The notes under the pieces: generated by a model
Database searches by the model: none
Told to the model about the DNA's origin: nothing
Seen by the model: the letters and a program-made list of their open reading frames with translations, nothing else
Position numbers and translations under genes: made by a program
Source: Lepidodermella squamata
Lineage: Eukaryota > Animalia > Gastrotricha
Length of the DNA: 64,000 bases
Direction: 5' to 3'
Assembly: GCA_047495785.1 (NCBI GenBank)
Contig: JBLDXI010000074.1
Location: forward strand, 1,302,001-1,366,000
Part shown: in pieces, positions 47,234 through 60,613 of the stretch
How positions within the stretch are numbered: position 1 is the first letter of the stretch
How the letters are laid out: each line of letters starts with the position of its first letter

Positions 47234-48973
47234 ATGAATTACGTCAAGATAAGCGCCGCTGTCAGTTCGGTCGTACTCCTGATTTTCCACGTCATGGTCA
47301 CGTTTTATAACATGGACACTGGAAAACGCCGAGCAATCTCCGACGCTCTTTCAGGTCAAGCATCATCATCGAATAACTATGGCGGCACGCAGGATTCGTC
47401 ATCATTTTGTCTCGACGGCTCGCAGATGCGAAGCCCTCTAAATAGAATCGATTGGGCTCAGAAAGCAGCGAATGTCTTTGAAAAGAATTCGTTGAATATG
47501 CGGAAACCGCTTGCTGAAGTAGTTAGACATTACAGAGAGCCATACTTCAAGAAAATTCGGCATTCTATATTGGTATGTAATTAATTGCTCATTTTTATTA
47601 TTCTCAGCGATTAGTCGTTGACTGCCTTGCACCTTGCTTATATCCATTTTTATCCCTTATTCGTCGTTTTTTCGGACTGGTGAATCGGTTTGGACATGTT
47701 GAATATATCATGCGAAAAGTGTCTTCTCCTTTTATAGAATATCTGTTCATTATTTTAATAGAGCAAGGAGTGTAAGCCGAAGTATCTTGTTTATGAATGC
47801 ACCAGAGGCAGTCTATGCGGCGGACTAGGCGATCGCCTGCGAGGAATAGTAGGCCTTTTCTACCTCGCAATGGCCACAAATCGCATCCTTCACATCGTAT
47901 GCGACAAACCACCGGCAAAACTCGGAGATTTCTACAAAATTAATGCCGAGCTTTACTTTGACTCTTTCAATTCGAGTGGGCAATATTTGACTACAAAGCA
48001 GGCGATTGACATTTACAGGGTACGGCTGTTCAGAGCTCGGCGCAGAAGTGCTGCTTGGTATGGCTTTTTGAACGCTGACGACGAGCAGGGTTACATTGTT
48101 TTCGCTAAACAAATGATATCTAACCTAGGGAAGAATCACACAGATTACATCGGAGTTATTACTAACAGCTTTTCTGTCCTAAATGCTGCGTTCGAACAAA
48201 GTTCCGGAACCAATTTTGAGAAGGTATATTTGAACTAAACTCGTCGTCACAAGTCCTGATTAAATTGCATAATTTCATAACTATAGGCTACCTATTTTTC
48301 CTTCTTGATTTCAGCTGGTCTAAGAATACTGCTCAGCCATCCTAAAGACGTAATGTTACAAGCTCATGATGATTTGATCAAGTCATCATCCCTTACAAAT
48401 GCCGAATGGAATCGGTTATTTAAAATTGGACTGCAAATTAGGGGTGGCAAGTCGCAGTATGAAGATGTGGGTGGCCGGGTTGGAACTAAGAGAGAGGCAA
48501 GTGGCAGCAGGTTTTAACCTCAACACGTAAAACATACCGAATTTTCACAGCAAAATTGCTTCATTGACCAAATCTTTCAAACAATTTCAAACCATTCGTC
48601 GATTCAATCAGGCGAAAGATCGATTCGCGATTTCCTAGTTTTTGTCACAACGGATAATGAAAACCTGACGAATTACGTTACTACGATTCTAGCGACAAAT
48701 TACTCTATCAAGGCATTGAAATCGCCCGGTAATTCAATTCATTTGGACAAGGCCACGTCGGCAGATAGCGCTTCAAAAATCAAGCCGTTTCTCGACTTTT
48801 ACTTGTTGTCACAAATGGATGCGCTTGTTATTAGCCGAAGTGGTTTCGGAGAGCTGGCGTCGCTGGCAAGTCTCGTGCCAACCATGCGATTCAGAACGAA
48901 AGAAGAGGCCACGGGGCAAGCCCTTTGTTACTTTTATCCGTGGCGTATAAAGAATAACTTTATGGAGCGTTAA
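47234..48973 (+). CDS. Fucosyltransferase-like protein (GT37-like motifs), tandem copy 1
   Basis: Exons about 47234-47572, 47762-48222, 48287-48496, 48551-48973. TM anchor; CKPKYLVYEC...CGGLGDRLRG, FKIGLQIR, VFVTTD, FLDFYLLSQMDALVISRSGFGE. Confidence 0.87.
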
Positions 48974-49258
48974 CAATAAACATCCTTTGCTCAAATACTA
49001 TAATGATGAAGCCTAGTTTCATGGGGCATTAATTGTCAAAGACTTTGTGGTGTGGCGTATAACCGGCAGAATATTAAGTTTTGACTTATTGTAAAGATCT
49101 CTGCTACAACGTGGGACCTAGTAACAACTTGATAGCCAACCGCTCGATACTTAGTCCGTCGCTCTGAGTGCCGATCTCACTTGCATTGCTTAGAAGGATT
49201 GGTCTTCCGGCATGGTAGTCAAAATCAAAGAGTGAAGAAAGAGAACAGTTATAGAGAA

Positions 49259-50947
49259 ATGTTTCCCTTTCAGCCATGCCTCACTCTTGCATTTTCTATG
49301 CTACTACTCAGCCGTATTCTGTCTATTTTCATGAATATGGACTCAGAGACTGTTCTTGCTATGATCAGCTTCTTGACAAAGCATCCAATTCCCTTGAGTT
49401 CACAGAAGGACAGGTCCGGAATGTGCCTTGACGGAACTCCACTCGATCAGTCAATTCTGGAAGCCAATCAACCATCAATCAAAGTAGTTCTCAGCTACAG
49501 CAAACATTCCGAAAATGAAAGTAAAATCGTGGACTCGATGGTCAGGCAGATCGAAAAAAGCTATTTCAGCAAAATCTATTTCTCAATAATGGTTTGCCAG
49601 CTATTTGAGCCGATTTAATTTTAAATAAGTATCAAGTTTTCAGCGCGAATCTTGCCGGCCTAAATTCCTAGTCTATCGCTGTTCCAATGGCGATACTTGC
49701 GGTGGAACAGGTGATCGAATTCGTGGCATTACAGGACTTCTCTACCTTGCCATGGCTACCAATAGCATTCTTCACATTGCCTGGGACAAATACCCAACTA
49801 AACTAAGTGATTTCTTCATCAGTAACGCGAATCTTTACTTCTCAACCTTGCCGAAGCAAATGTTTGATGAAGCGGTGAGAAAATACGAAAAGAGGCGCCT
49901 AGAAGCTAGGCGAGGATACAAGTCGATGTTCAGGTTTTTGGACGACAGGGGTGAGCATACGTTCACCAAGTTTGCTGAAGAATTGATCGCAAACCCAAAT
50001 AAAAGTCCAGTTCGGTATTCCCAGGTCAATGCGAATATCTTGGTATCAATGAGCGCTGTCTTCCGGCCGATCTCCAACGACAACGAACAAGATCTCCAAG
50101 CGACCAAGATGTGGCGAAATCAGATTGTCTTCTTGCGAGAATATTTTCCAGAGATTTTTCCGACCGCAATGCAATGGGTAAATTCTAAAAATGTGTTACA
50201 ACTTCCTTCAACTCTCAATAATAATTTAAATAATTAATTGGATTTTCCGTATTTATGTATTGAATGTTAATTTTTTCAATAGGAAATCAGAGTCCCTCTC
50301 TTTATATCCGCTGCTTTGAGATTACTGTTCCAGCGGCCAACGCCCAGGCTGCAAAACGCTTACAACACTATCATGACCTCGCCCGGAGAGTGGAATCACC
50401 TTTTTAAAATCGGCGTTCAAATACGAGTAGGCATTTCGAAATACGAAAACGTCGCCGTTAAAGTAGGAACTTCCAGAGAAGTATTTTTTCTAAAAATCTG
50501 AATGTTCGCCTACTATAATTTTATCAGCTTTTAGATTGCTTTGTCAAGCAAGTGCTCGAAACCATATCGACTTTGAGTGACAGATCAAAAAACGAATTCC
50601 TAGTGTTTGTAACTAGTGACCTTCAAAATGTGACAGATTACATTACGTCGACTTTGGTAGCTGAGCATTCGATCAAAGCTTTTCAGTCACCTGGCGAGTC
50701 GATTCACGTCGACAAGATAGCAAAAGGTGGAGAGTCGCCAGATGAAGCTTCAGTAACCAAGCTTTTTCTTGACTTTTACTTGCTGTCTCAAATGGATTCG
50801 CTAATCATAAGCCGGAGCGGATTCGGTGAGATGGCATCGCTCAAAAGCCTCGCGCCTACAATGCGTTTTAGAAAGAATGAAGAGTCGAAAGTTCAGTCAA
50901 TGTGTTATTTCTACACATGGCGGTTGAAAAGCTTGGGCATGGAATGA
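49259..50947 (+). CDS. Fucosyltransferase-like protein (GT37-like motifs), tandem copy 2
   Basis: Exons about 49259-49591, 49644-50177, 50283-50480, 50528-50947. Motifs CGGTGDRIRG, FKIGVQIR, VFVTSD, FLDFYLLSQMDSLIISRSGFGE. Confidence 0.87.
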
Positions 50948-51545
50948 ATAAATAATGCTGTAGAAGTTAGAAGTTCTTAGAGACTGTGTTAAACCCAGAT
51001 TTTCAAAGGTGCAAGGTGCAAAGACCAATCTCCTGAGGAATAAGATTTTTGTATCGCAGTGATTAGTGATTTATTTCAACGCTATGTAATAAAACGCAAT
51101 GAATATTCGTGATAAGCAACTTGCATAGCTGTGGGGCTTCCCGCAGCTCACGACGGCTACGCATTTCTTTGCTTTTTCGATAAGTCCTTCAAGTAATGTA
51201 TAATAAGTACTTCGAGAAATCACACGAACGTTATTGCTGGAGTATTCATCAGATGAAATTCATTCAAATTTTAAATAGCGTAGTTGAATAGTTGTTGTTG
51301 AATGAAGGAATAACAAGCTCTATTTTTGTCGAAATGAATACTTGCGCTGAGCTCATTCACGAATGACGTGACCGTCAATATCCATGTAGTATATGCTCAT
51401 TTATTCATCCTAATCAAACATGCGGCTGCGAAGTTGCCGGTCTTCGGTGAGATACCAACCGCTCAGCCGATCGATTAATCATGCCAGCCAACACTACAAC
51501 GTCGAACAAATCAGCACGGACCGCTTCATTGTGCAATGCGACTTG

Positions 51546-53317
51546 ATGCAGCTAGCTAAATTGTCGATAGTCGCTGGATCTTTCCTCCTTATCCTTGGCA
51601 TGAGTCTGATTTTCACGAGCATGGATACGAATACGCGTATGGTCATGTTCAATTCGGTTTTGGGTCGAAAACAGCAAGATGCCTCGCAAATGATTGAGCT
51701 GCCTGATGAAGCTATGAGCCCATCCGCAGTTGAAGTCACTGGGGATAGTTATGTGAGCGGCTCTGAGATGTGTCTTGATGGGACGCTGCCAAAAACAGCA
51801 TCTACTAGCAATTTCTCTTTGGAAATCGACGTTATCTACAAGCAATACGCTAACAATGCTAGCGAGATAGTTAATGCCCTTGTGAAACGATTCAAAGACA
51901 AATATTTCGCTAAAATTCAGTATTCAATAATGGTGAGTTGAGTTTTCCTATGTTTCCAATCGGGGACTATTGTAGAAGCTCCAGCAACTTTTTTACATTC
52001 TCCTTTCAGCGCCGAAACTGCAATCCTAAATTTCTCGTCTATCTATGCTCAAATAACATTGTCTGCGGAGGATTGGGCGACCGACTCCGTGGTGTAATCG
52101 GCCTTTTCTACCTCGCAATGGCAACAAACCGAATCCTGCACATCTCATGGGAAAAATCACCTGCAAAACTGAGAGAATTTTACAAAATCAATGCTGAGCT
52201 GTACTTTGGAGATCTTCTCGGTCAGTCGCTCAACTATAACCGGGCGGTGAAAATGTACGAAATGCGGCTTGATAGAGCTAGGTCACGCTTCAACGCGTTT
52301 CGCTTCACGTTCTTGGACCGGGTCGATGAGTGGCGGTATATCAAATTCGCGGAAGGCCTCGTCGCTGATCCGACAGGCAACACTGCAGAGTACCTCGAGT
52401 TCAACACGAACAGCTTCATAGCAATTTCAGCTGTTTTCCGGCCGAGCTGTTTTGGTAACGAAACTTCAAAAGTTTTCAGACAAAATCAGTTCTTCTTTGC
52501 GGAAGAATATTTTTTCGACTTATTCCAAGCTGGAGACGGGGCGAGAAAACTAGTAAATTTTTATATTGAGCTCTCGCGATAATTCCTCATGAATTCAAAT
52601 TTAGGTTATCAACTTTCCAATTCTGGTTTCAGCAGGATATAGAACTTTGTTCAACCAACCGGAACGAAGGCTTCTTAGATCTTACGAAAGCTTTGTGAAA
52701 GGTTCTGTTGGGGCTTTCGTTGGTTGGAATCGCCTAGTAAAAATTGGTGTTCAAATTCGGGCTGGGAAAACTCAATATGAAGACGTAGACGGTCGAGTTG
52801 GAACGGAAATGAAAGTTAGTTACCTAACCCAGCTTACAGATACAATGTACAAGTTGCATTTCAGCAAAACTGCTTCATCGAACAAGTCTTTCAAACAGTT
52901 TCAAACAGCTCTTCTCCACTGCTGGGATCAGAGGTCGTCAACAAATCGACAAGTGATTTTTTGGTCTTCGTAACTGCGGACAATCAAAGTGTAACTGATT
53001 ATGTGACTTCGATGCTGATCTCGAATTACTCAATACGGGTTGTTCAATTCTCCGGCCATTCGATACACCTTGACAAAGTTGGCTCATCGGCTAGTGAATC
53101 GGAGGATGAAGCAGCTGTTAATAAACCTTATCTCGACTTTTACATATTGACGCAAATGGATGCTCTCTTGATAAGCCGCAGTGGCTACGGGGAGATGGCT
53201 TCTATTGCTGGCCTAATGCCAACTATCCGTTTCAGAAAGGAAGCTGAGGCCTCTAACAGACCGTTTTGCTATTTCTACAAATGGAGTTTACAAACTCATT
53301 TTATGGAGAGGAGGTAG
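51546..53317 (+). CDS. Fucosyltransferase-like protein (GT37-like motifs), tandem copy 3
   Basis: Exons about 51546-51932, 52010-52552, 52605-52814, 52865-53317. Motifs CGGLGDRLRG, VKIGVQIR, VFVTAD, YLDFYILTQMDALLISRSGYGE. Confidence 0.87.
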
Positions 53318-53657
53318 CAAATAAAAATATTATTCAAATTTGAAATAAGATTTGAGGTTAACTACTGTTTTGAGTCTGACTAAAAAGCTTGCATCTGTCG
53401 TTTGCTTGCGTCTGTTTTTTCGAATTTTGTTCAAAATGTCGAATTTTTATCCAAATTACTTGCCTGTAATGGTGCTAAACTTCAATAAGGTGCGCCTAAT
53501 CTGAGTCAAGCAGATGGCTGACGCCGAGATAGACTTTTCCCGACTTCGCTACCGCCACACATTTATTTAGCAAGCAACAGATGGCTTAGCTAATAATCGT
53601 CAACCAGTATGACCAAAAATTGAGTTTATTTTCTTTATTGAAGTTGTTGGTTCGGAA

Positions 53658-54964
53658 ATGAAATCAGGTCAAGTAGTTAGAAATCCCACCGTGATGTATC
53701 TTGCATTTGTCCTTGCAAGTGCAGTCTTTTGCTCAGCTTCTGGGTTCCAGGAACTGCCCACACCCGAACTACTTGCTATGTGCCCGCAGCTTTCGGCAAG
53801 TCGCCTCTTTCTCACGACTGAACCTCCAATCCGTGTTGATATCACGCTAACAGTCGACGTCTTTTTCGGCATTAACACGATAGACGAAAGTGTTGCTTTA
53901 CACGGCCAACTTCAAGCTGCTTGGTCTGTCGACTGCCCGGCAATCAGTAAATGGTCATCTGCAATTGGTCAAAACTTTTCATGGCGGCCCAATGAGTCGT
54001 ACCGAATATGGCAGCCGTCTTTCCTCCACATGTTCTCAAGAGGCGATGCTCTGCTAAGGGATGGGTTCAGCTCAAATTTCGTTCTTTCAAGCTCTCCATC
54101 AAATTCCGAGCTGAATTTCCGGCTGACCTTGAGTGGGACTTTTATATCTCAATGTCGCGTAGACTTGGTGTACTACCCGTTCGACGAGCAAGCTTGCGAC
54201 GTAATCTTCCAATCAAATGTCGCGAATTCGATCGAGTTCGGACAAATCGGACTTCAAGACTACTCGTCTCAGGACGAAATCGGCGGAAAAGTTGACTTGT
54301 CGCGAGTAACTTCTTCAAACTCCGAGTGGATGATCAAAAGCGTGACTACAACAAGCCGGCTTGAAAACTCCGGTGAGACGAATTCATCAATCAGCTACGC
54401 TGTGTTCAGTTTTCGGACCAAGCGCAGGCCACAGTACTTCTTGTACTATTGGCTGATCCCCTGTTTCATCTTATCACTACTGACTCTTTCAACCTTCATG
54501 TTACCAGTTGAAGACAGTCAGCGGCCAATGTTCAGCGTCAGGTAAGTACAGCAAATATTCATTTGATTAAGCTTAAAACGGGTATCACATTCAGCGTGCT
54601 GCTGTCGTTAATGGTTTTGCTATCACAAGTTGTGGAAAAAATTCCGGAAACGCCGCAGAATATCTTCATAACGCGCTACATTTCGATCGACATGACCTTT
54701 TCGCTTCTAGTCACCCTTTACGCCGCAATCGCCTGCCGACTCCGCGTCCACCGCCGCAATCGCTACTGCAACCGAAAATCCGCCCTCGGACTCGACGAAT
54801 CATCGCCGAAATCAAGCATTGACGTCGTTGGGACGCAAAACAAGCGGCTGTATTGCCGCGGCAAGTTTCAGTTGTACCAAATCATTGATTTCACGGCGTG
54901 CATGGCTGCTATCCACATTTGGGTCATTGCCTTGACCGCTGAAGCTTTGATGGAAATCGATTGA
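53658..54964 (+). CDS. Divergent Cys-loop ligand-gated ion channel subunit (nAChR-like, non-alpha)
   Basis: Signal peptide, IWQP, Cys loop CRVDLVYYPFDEQAC, EW, KRRPQYF..Y.LIPC (M1), SVLLSL (M2), M3, short loop, M4. One intron at 54542-54594. Confidence 0.88.
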
Positions 54965-55348
54965 GAACAGTGTAGAACCTCCGGGAAAACATCCATTTTC
55001 ACCATGTGCCTAAAAATCAATGTCTGTTCAGGAATTTAAGAAAACCATTCGAGGAGATAACTTGGAGAAATCAGCAATTAAGATCCATTTTACAGCATTC
55101 CTTATTACCGGTAATCTATTTCACATGTTAGGAAAGTAAAATTTCGATAAATCAAATTTGACGTTTTATTAAAAAATTGTTCGTCAGTTATCTTAAGCAA
55201 TTCATCATTTAATATCAACTAAAATAATCAAAGTAAGAAGAGTGAGCCACAAAATATCAATTTGCTACTGTCTAACGACGAGTAACGCGGAGCAATGACT
55301 TAGTAATACTGAATTCTGACGGCAAGAAACAATTTTCTCCCGTCTTCT

Positions 55349-56341
55349 TTAGTTATTCGAAATTCGAACGTGACGGCGTGCTGTTTGCTGGCTGCCGAAA
55401 CGTGAGTGAATCAACGCGATGCTGACGTCGATCGCAAGTCGGCTGTTGGTCGATTTTCGTTCGATCAAATTGTAAGGACTGCCGAATTCGACTAGTTGGC
55501 GGTATTCGATGGGCCAGTGTAGAACTATCACAGGGTTAGCGGTGTAACGGCCCTCGCTTAAAATTTGAGTCATTTCTAAGAAAAAACCAGATTTCAGAAT
55601 TGTAAAGCCTATAAGAAAACACTTACCAATCCCGAGCGGAAACGTTTCAGACGAGTTTTTCTTGTGAAGGCCGAGCGTGATGTTGAAATCGAAAGTTCTA
55701 TCCTCAATGAGCAACCTTCGCCTGGAAGCAAGACTCGGCTTGAGCACAGTCGTCAGAAACCTCCCGCGCTGCAGCAGTAGTGAGAACTTCAGAATTTCAA
55801 GACCTGAAATTTCCGTCCAAGTCTCTCCCGAAATTTTCGTAGGCTCAATAGCTTCAACGGCGTCCTTACTCTTGCCATGAAACTTGGCCTCGAAGCCGTC
55901 GAAAATGGCGGTGAAATTTAAAGATCGAGCTGACGAATAATCAGCTGTGGAAATAGGAGGAGCCCGGCCGGAAAGGACGCGAGCCCTCGGTGTAGTTGAG
56001 GTGAAAGGCCAATCTTCTCCGGGCTGTCTTGCTGTAGGAAGGATTCCACGCCCGAAATTAGGCGCGGTCGTGTCGTCGTTTGCCGGCGGTTTCGTAACTT
56101 TACTGATCTTGATAAGAGCTACCCCTGCTGAGTTGTTTGGCATTAAAGAATGCAGCTTCGAGCCGTGATGGTTGATGTGGTGTATCTGGCGGAGTTTCCC
56201 AGTTTCTTCAAGGTCATTTCCAACAGGATTGTGATTGATGGCAATAATTTCGTCAGGAGCAGCAACGTCGCAATAGGCAGGTTCATTTAATATTAGAGCC
56301 AGGGTTACTAGTTCGGCCAAGAGAAGTTTGACGGCACACAT
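55349..56341 (-). CDS. Secreted protein of an unrecognised family, paralogue 1
   Basis: Signal peptide, Pro/Thr-rich linker, shared domain (L.S.RR....RTFDFNI.L...F.LG...NP...LHWP...L..DVSI). Probable in-frame 51-nt intron at 55626-55576. Confidence 0.7.
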   Translation of the reverse strand: MCAVKLLLAELVTLALILNEPAYCDVAAPDEIIAINHNPVGNDLEETGKLRQIHHINHHGSKLHSLMPNNSAGVALIKISKVTKPPANDDTTAPNFGRGILPTARQPGEDWPFTSTTPRARVLSGRAPPISTADYSSARSLNFTAIFDGFEAKFHGKSKDAVEAIEPTKISGETWTEISGLEILKFSLLLQRGRFLTTVLKPSLASRRRLLIEDRTFDFNITLGLHKKNSSETFPLGIGKCFLIGFTILKSGFFLEMTQILSEGRYTANPVIVLHWPIEYRQLVEFGSPYNLIERKSTNSRLAIDVSIALIHSRFGSQQTARRHVRISNN

Positions 56342-58418
56342 TTCTCATTTGAATAATATCTTAATAGAAATTCAAAACAGAATTTGCAAAATGATGAAGA
56401 CAATGCATATACTGATCGCAATAAACGAGCCTATCATGTCATAGTTCACGCAACTGCCTCAATTTCTTGAAAATGTTAGAAAGCCAAAGGATGAAAACTG
56501 AAAGCTGAAAGCTGAATGAGTAAAATATTGAATGCTGAGAACATGGAAACAATGAGACCGTTCTTCCAAACAGGTGGAAACAAAATAACATTATTTCTAC
56601 ATGTTTTTAGTCATGAATTGTGAAGCGATTCGTCCTGAGGGCTGATGTGCGTAGCAAAACACAAAAACGCACAAATAAACGAGGGCCGAAAATTTATCAT
56701 TAAAAAATTGACAGCAGCGCAAGAAGCCCCGAGAGACACTTGTGCAGCTAGAGTGCCGAGAAATTAATACGTAATGAAGACCCGGCCACGCAAGCCGCGA
56801 TTTTTGAGCGCGCGCTAGACATCAGGTTGTGTTAATAATAATAATCAAAAATTTACGGGGGGCCCACGGTTGTTGTTGATATAAAAACGTGTGCCGTTTT
56901 ATTGCTATAAATATTCATATATGCTGCGCAATGTGTAGCGCGCAGCAGGGCGACGGCGAGCGTATTTAATGCATAATTCAAGCAACAAGGGATGCGGAAG
57001 GAGGGACGCTCTCGATTATCGGCATCTGCGCAAATAACAGCCGCCCCTTCGCTAACAATGAAAGGAGGCAATCATCGCGTTTGCGCGCTCGCACAGGTGA
57101 GTCTTTGTGAACAAAGAAAAGGTCAATGTGAGCCACTTTTATAGCGCGCGCTTTTTTGGCGCGTGCGCAGCGGGCAATAAACACGCAAAACAAATTTCCG
57201 CTTGATAATAATTGTTTACACGCACACGCGCGCGTCGCTCGCCTTCAAAAACTCCACCTCTTTTATCTCATTAAAGTTTTTTCCCCGCATATCGCTCTGC
57301 TGTTTTGTTTTCCCTGTTTCGAAACAATATGTGCCCATTGATTGAGGTTCACGTGTTTATCAGCCTGGCCACCCATGTGCGAGGGAAATTCGTCATTTGA
57401 ATATCGTTGAATAATAGCAACAGAACACCTCTTAACGGTAATAAAGTTGGCCCAGTGTGGCTATTTGCGATTAAGGCATCGCCCGAGGCATTATACTTCC
57501 ACCATCATGCTCTACATCAGAACGTGAGAATGGACTAATGAAAGGTGCTAACTCCAGCATGTGTTCAACGCAACATGAATCGAAAGTTACGATTTTGGTC
57601 ATACAGTGACAATCAAAAGATCCGCACGGTGGAATTGAGGCGATGCTAGTTGAAATTTTTCGCACGTGCGAAATGAGGCTGTTTATCCCCAGCAAAACGG
57701 ACCAAAATGACGCCTTTTTCACGATCTCCAAAAATAGCTCCAAGGAAAGGGGGATAGTTTCAATAATATGAATATATTCATGAGATGTCATGAAACTAGG
57801 ACATTCTTAGTTAAGTGCCAAAAATTGCAGAAACATTTGAGCAATTAGAGTAAGTTTATAACTATTCAAAAATCATTTTTACATAATTTTTCTGACATAA
57901 TTGTCAACTTTGAGGGCTTCGGAATATTAATTAGAACCTTATGAATATTCATATTTTTAAAACTATTAAAACTTCTTGGTCTGTCCGAGTTACACTTTCT
58001 ATTTTTAGCAGAGTTCAACCCAAGCTTGGAGCTAAAAATACTTCGGGCGCGTGTGAGATATTTTTAGTTTCAACTCAACAAACTGCTGACCGTGCGTAAC
58101 TTTTGATTTTCACTGTACATTTGGTATACAAATTCCTCTCGAACTATTTCAGACGATACAGAACTATTTCAGAACATGAGCCAAATATTGCATTATTGAG
58201 ATCATGAACAGGATTGACCCAACTGGACTTATACTTGATGGTCGCGCCAGGTTCCGAAATCGGTGAAATGCAAGGATTAAACCGAATTATCGGTTAGAGG
58301 TTCAACGTACTTGCGTTTGGGTGACAAATAATGCATCAAACACAGTTTTATTTCCCAAAACAACTTATTGAAGGAGTAGCCACATGAAAACAAGTCAAGA
58401 AGCCAGCTCGACGCTCAC

Positions 58419-59147
58419 TCAGCCGGGTATAGGACGCTGCATGTATGGATTAGGCGTTGTAGTCGGCAAAGCGGGTGGCGCGAAACTTGGATTGCTGACA
58501 ATTACCGATACGTCGATGATCAGTTGGCCACTCTGGGAGGCGTAGAGATTTGAGACCGTGAGCCACGAGAGAGGCCATCGTAAGGTCAAAGTTGGATTAG
58601 GAGTGAAGTAGCCCTGATCCACTTGAAATGCTGCTCCTATACGAAAACAAATGCACTAGGATGAAGCATGGAATGTCTCTACTTGTCTTACTTCCTCCAA
58701 TTTGAATCAGCTGAGCATTTCGGTAGGATCTCAGCTGCAGAGCAACGTCGAAGTCATAAGTACGAGCTGACAAGACGGTTTTCCTACTCGAGCTCAGACC
58801 AAATCGAATGACTGTGATAAAAGCTGGCTGCTTCAAAACTGTTACACTCCTAAACCAAACATAGCATAACCTCTCAAAGAGATTGCGGTGTCTTACACTG
58901 AGGCGTATCCTTCGTCTGGGTCTGTGTCGACACTTGGATCGCCGGTTAGCGCGTATGGTTCAACAGCTAGTTGTGGGGAGCTAAGATTGAAAGCCGCAGC
59001 GTAACGAAGAGTAGCAGTTTTAAACACCCTGGGTATGGTCACATTTATTGGTGAACCTTGAAACGACGAAGACGGTTTTTGCTCAACCCAAGGCTGAGCT
59101 TGGGCGCTATTTGCTAAAATTGAAATGATTACAGCGAGTTTTAGCAT
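58419..59147 (-). CDS. Secreted protein of an unrecognised family, paralogue 2
   Basis: Three exons: MLKLAVIISILANSAQAQ...LRYAAAF...DEG / LSSSRKTVLSARTYDFDV / NPTLTLRWP...LIIDVSV. Confidence 0.75.
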
Positions 59148-59307
59148 TTTCCTACTCTGGAAGTTTCCTTTCAGTTCATTGAAATATTGTTGTTTTTTAT
59201 TGTTTTTATACCCCTTTGGTGTGAAATTGATGCAATTACTACAGGAAAAGGTGCGAAGCGTGAAAACAAACGCGTGGTGTTACATGCTTTGTTTGTCGTA
59301 TAATTTA

Positions 59308-60414
59308 TCAGCCCATATAACGAAAGGGAGCTTGGCGATTCTTTATAGCCGTCGCCACTTCAAAGCAAACGCGGCGCTTAGCATCGGCGTAGGAAGCTAG
59401 CTGGTTCCATGGCAGGTTCCAACGCAGGCTTATCGGTGCGTTGGCTTCATAGCGCGGATCGTCGATCGGAAGTTGGACACCTTTTGATAAAAGGTAATAA
59501 TGATAGTTAAATGTTGAGTTCAGCATCGACTTACCAACGCCCTGGAAAATCGAGGGCCGGTTTTTAGTTCCGATAAGTCGAACGCTGATTTGAAAGTCAA
59601 GAGCTCGAGGCTGTAAAATGACTTGGCGATCCGTATACAAATCAGGGCGCAAAATTGTTGTGAGATACACTGCTCGTTCCAGTTCCAATTTTCTATAAAT
59701 GCACAAAATAGACGAATAGCATTTGAGTCTTCACAAGTCTTTTCTTGAAAGATCTGAACTTAAATTATGAAGCGCAACTTAATATAAAACAGCTTTCCGC
59801 AGTTATTATTATTTGTTCGTGACACTCAATTCGAGCTCCCGGATTTTTTTTAACAATCTAGCCAAGAATGCAGACTTACATTCCGATTTTGCCTTCATTT
59901 GGCGGGACTTCCACAGCTGTGACTTGGTTGTCCTCGATCGGATCTGGCTCGAATTGCCTTCCAAAAGGTCCGTCGTAGTTGGTGAAACACACCCTGTACG
60001 TCACCGTCTGGCCAGCAACTTGATACCTATCCTCAAGACCGCCAAAACCTTGTCGGAAGTCGTTGGCAGATGCTCCGCCGCCCGACGTCGTCGTGCCGTT
60101 TCGAGGGCGCAAGCGAGTCGATCGGCTTCTGGTAGTGCGAGTAGTTTGACCTGAAACTGTAGTCCCAATTGTTGTAGTCGCAGTAGGATCGTCCGTCTCG
60201 TCCACATATTCGAAGTCATGCGGCGTGGTTTCATCGTCTGAAATGCCATAATCTGGCGATGTGGTTCCTGAAAACAAAACAAACGTAATTATGGACATTC
60301 AAGGGGAATGCAGAACGAACTGAGGAAACCCGGTCGTCGATTCGTAAACTGAGCCTGGCCGAGCTCATAGAAAATCGCCAAGCCTAGCAGGACTTTGAAA
60401 ATTATTTGCGGCAT
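59308..60414 (-). CDS. Secreted protein of an unrecognised family, paralogue 3
   Basis: Exon 1 MPQIIFKVLLGLAIFYELGQAQ; Thr-rich linker; VTYRVCF...VPPNEG / LRPDLYTDRQVILQPRALDFQI...NAPISLRWNL...FEVATAI. Confidence 0.75.
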
Positions 60415-60613
60415 TTTTGTCAATTCATAAGCGAGTTTTGGCTACTTAAGCTCAAAGCGAGGGCGTCTCGCCCGGTCTGAGCAAACAACAATCTTATTTT
60501 CGCGTGCCTCCTTGTTTTGCATGACTTTTTCAAAACCTAAACAAATAGAGTGGGTTAATTCCACGGTTTATTTATGTGAACTCAAAGCACATTTGTAAGG
60601 ATAAGTTCAAATT

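Noticed and set aside
31488-53317. Bacterial contamination as the source of the GT6/FUT cluster
   Set aside because: Genes have GT-AG introns, type II anchors and AATAAA signals, and are interleaved with animal-type genes.
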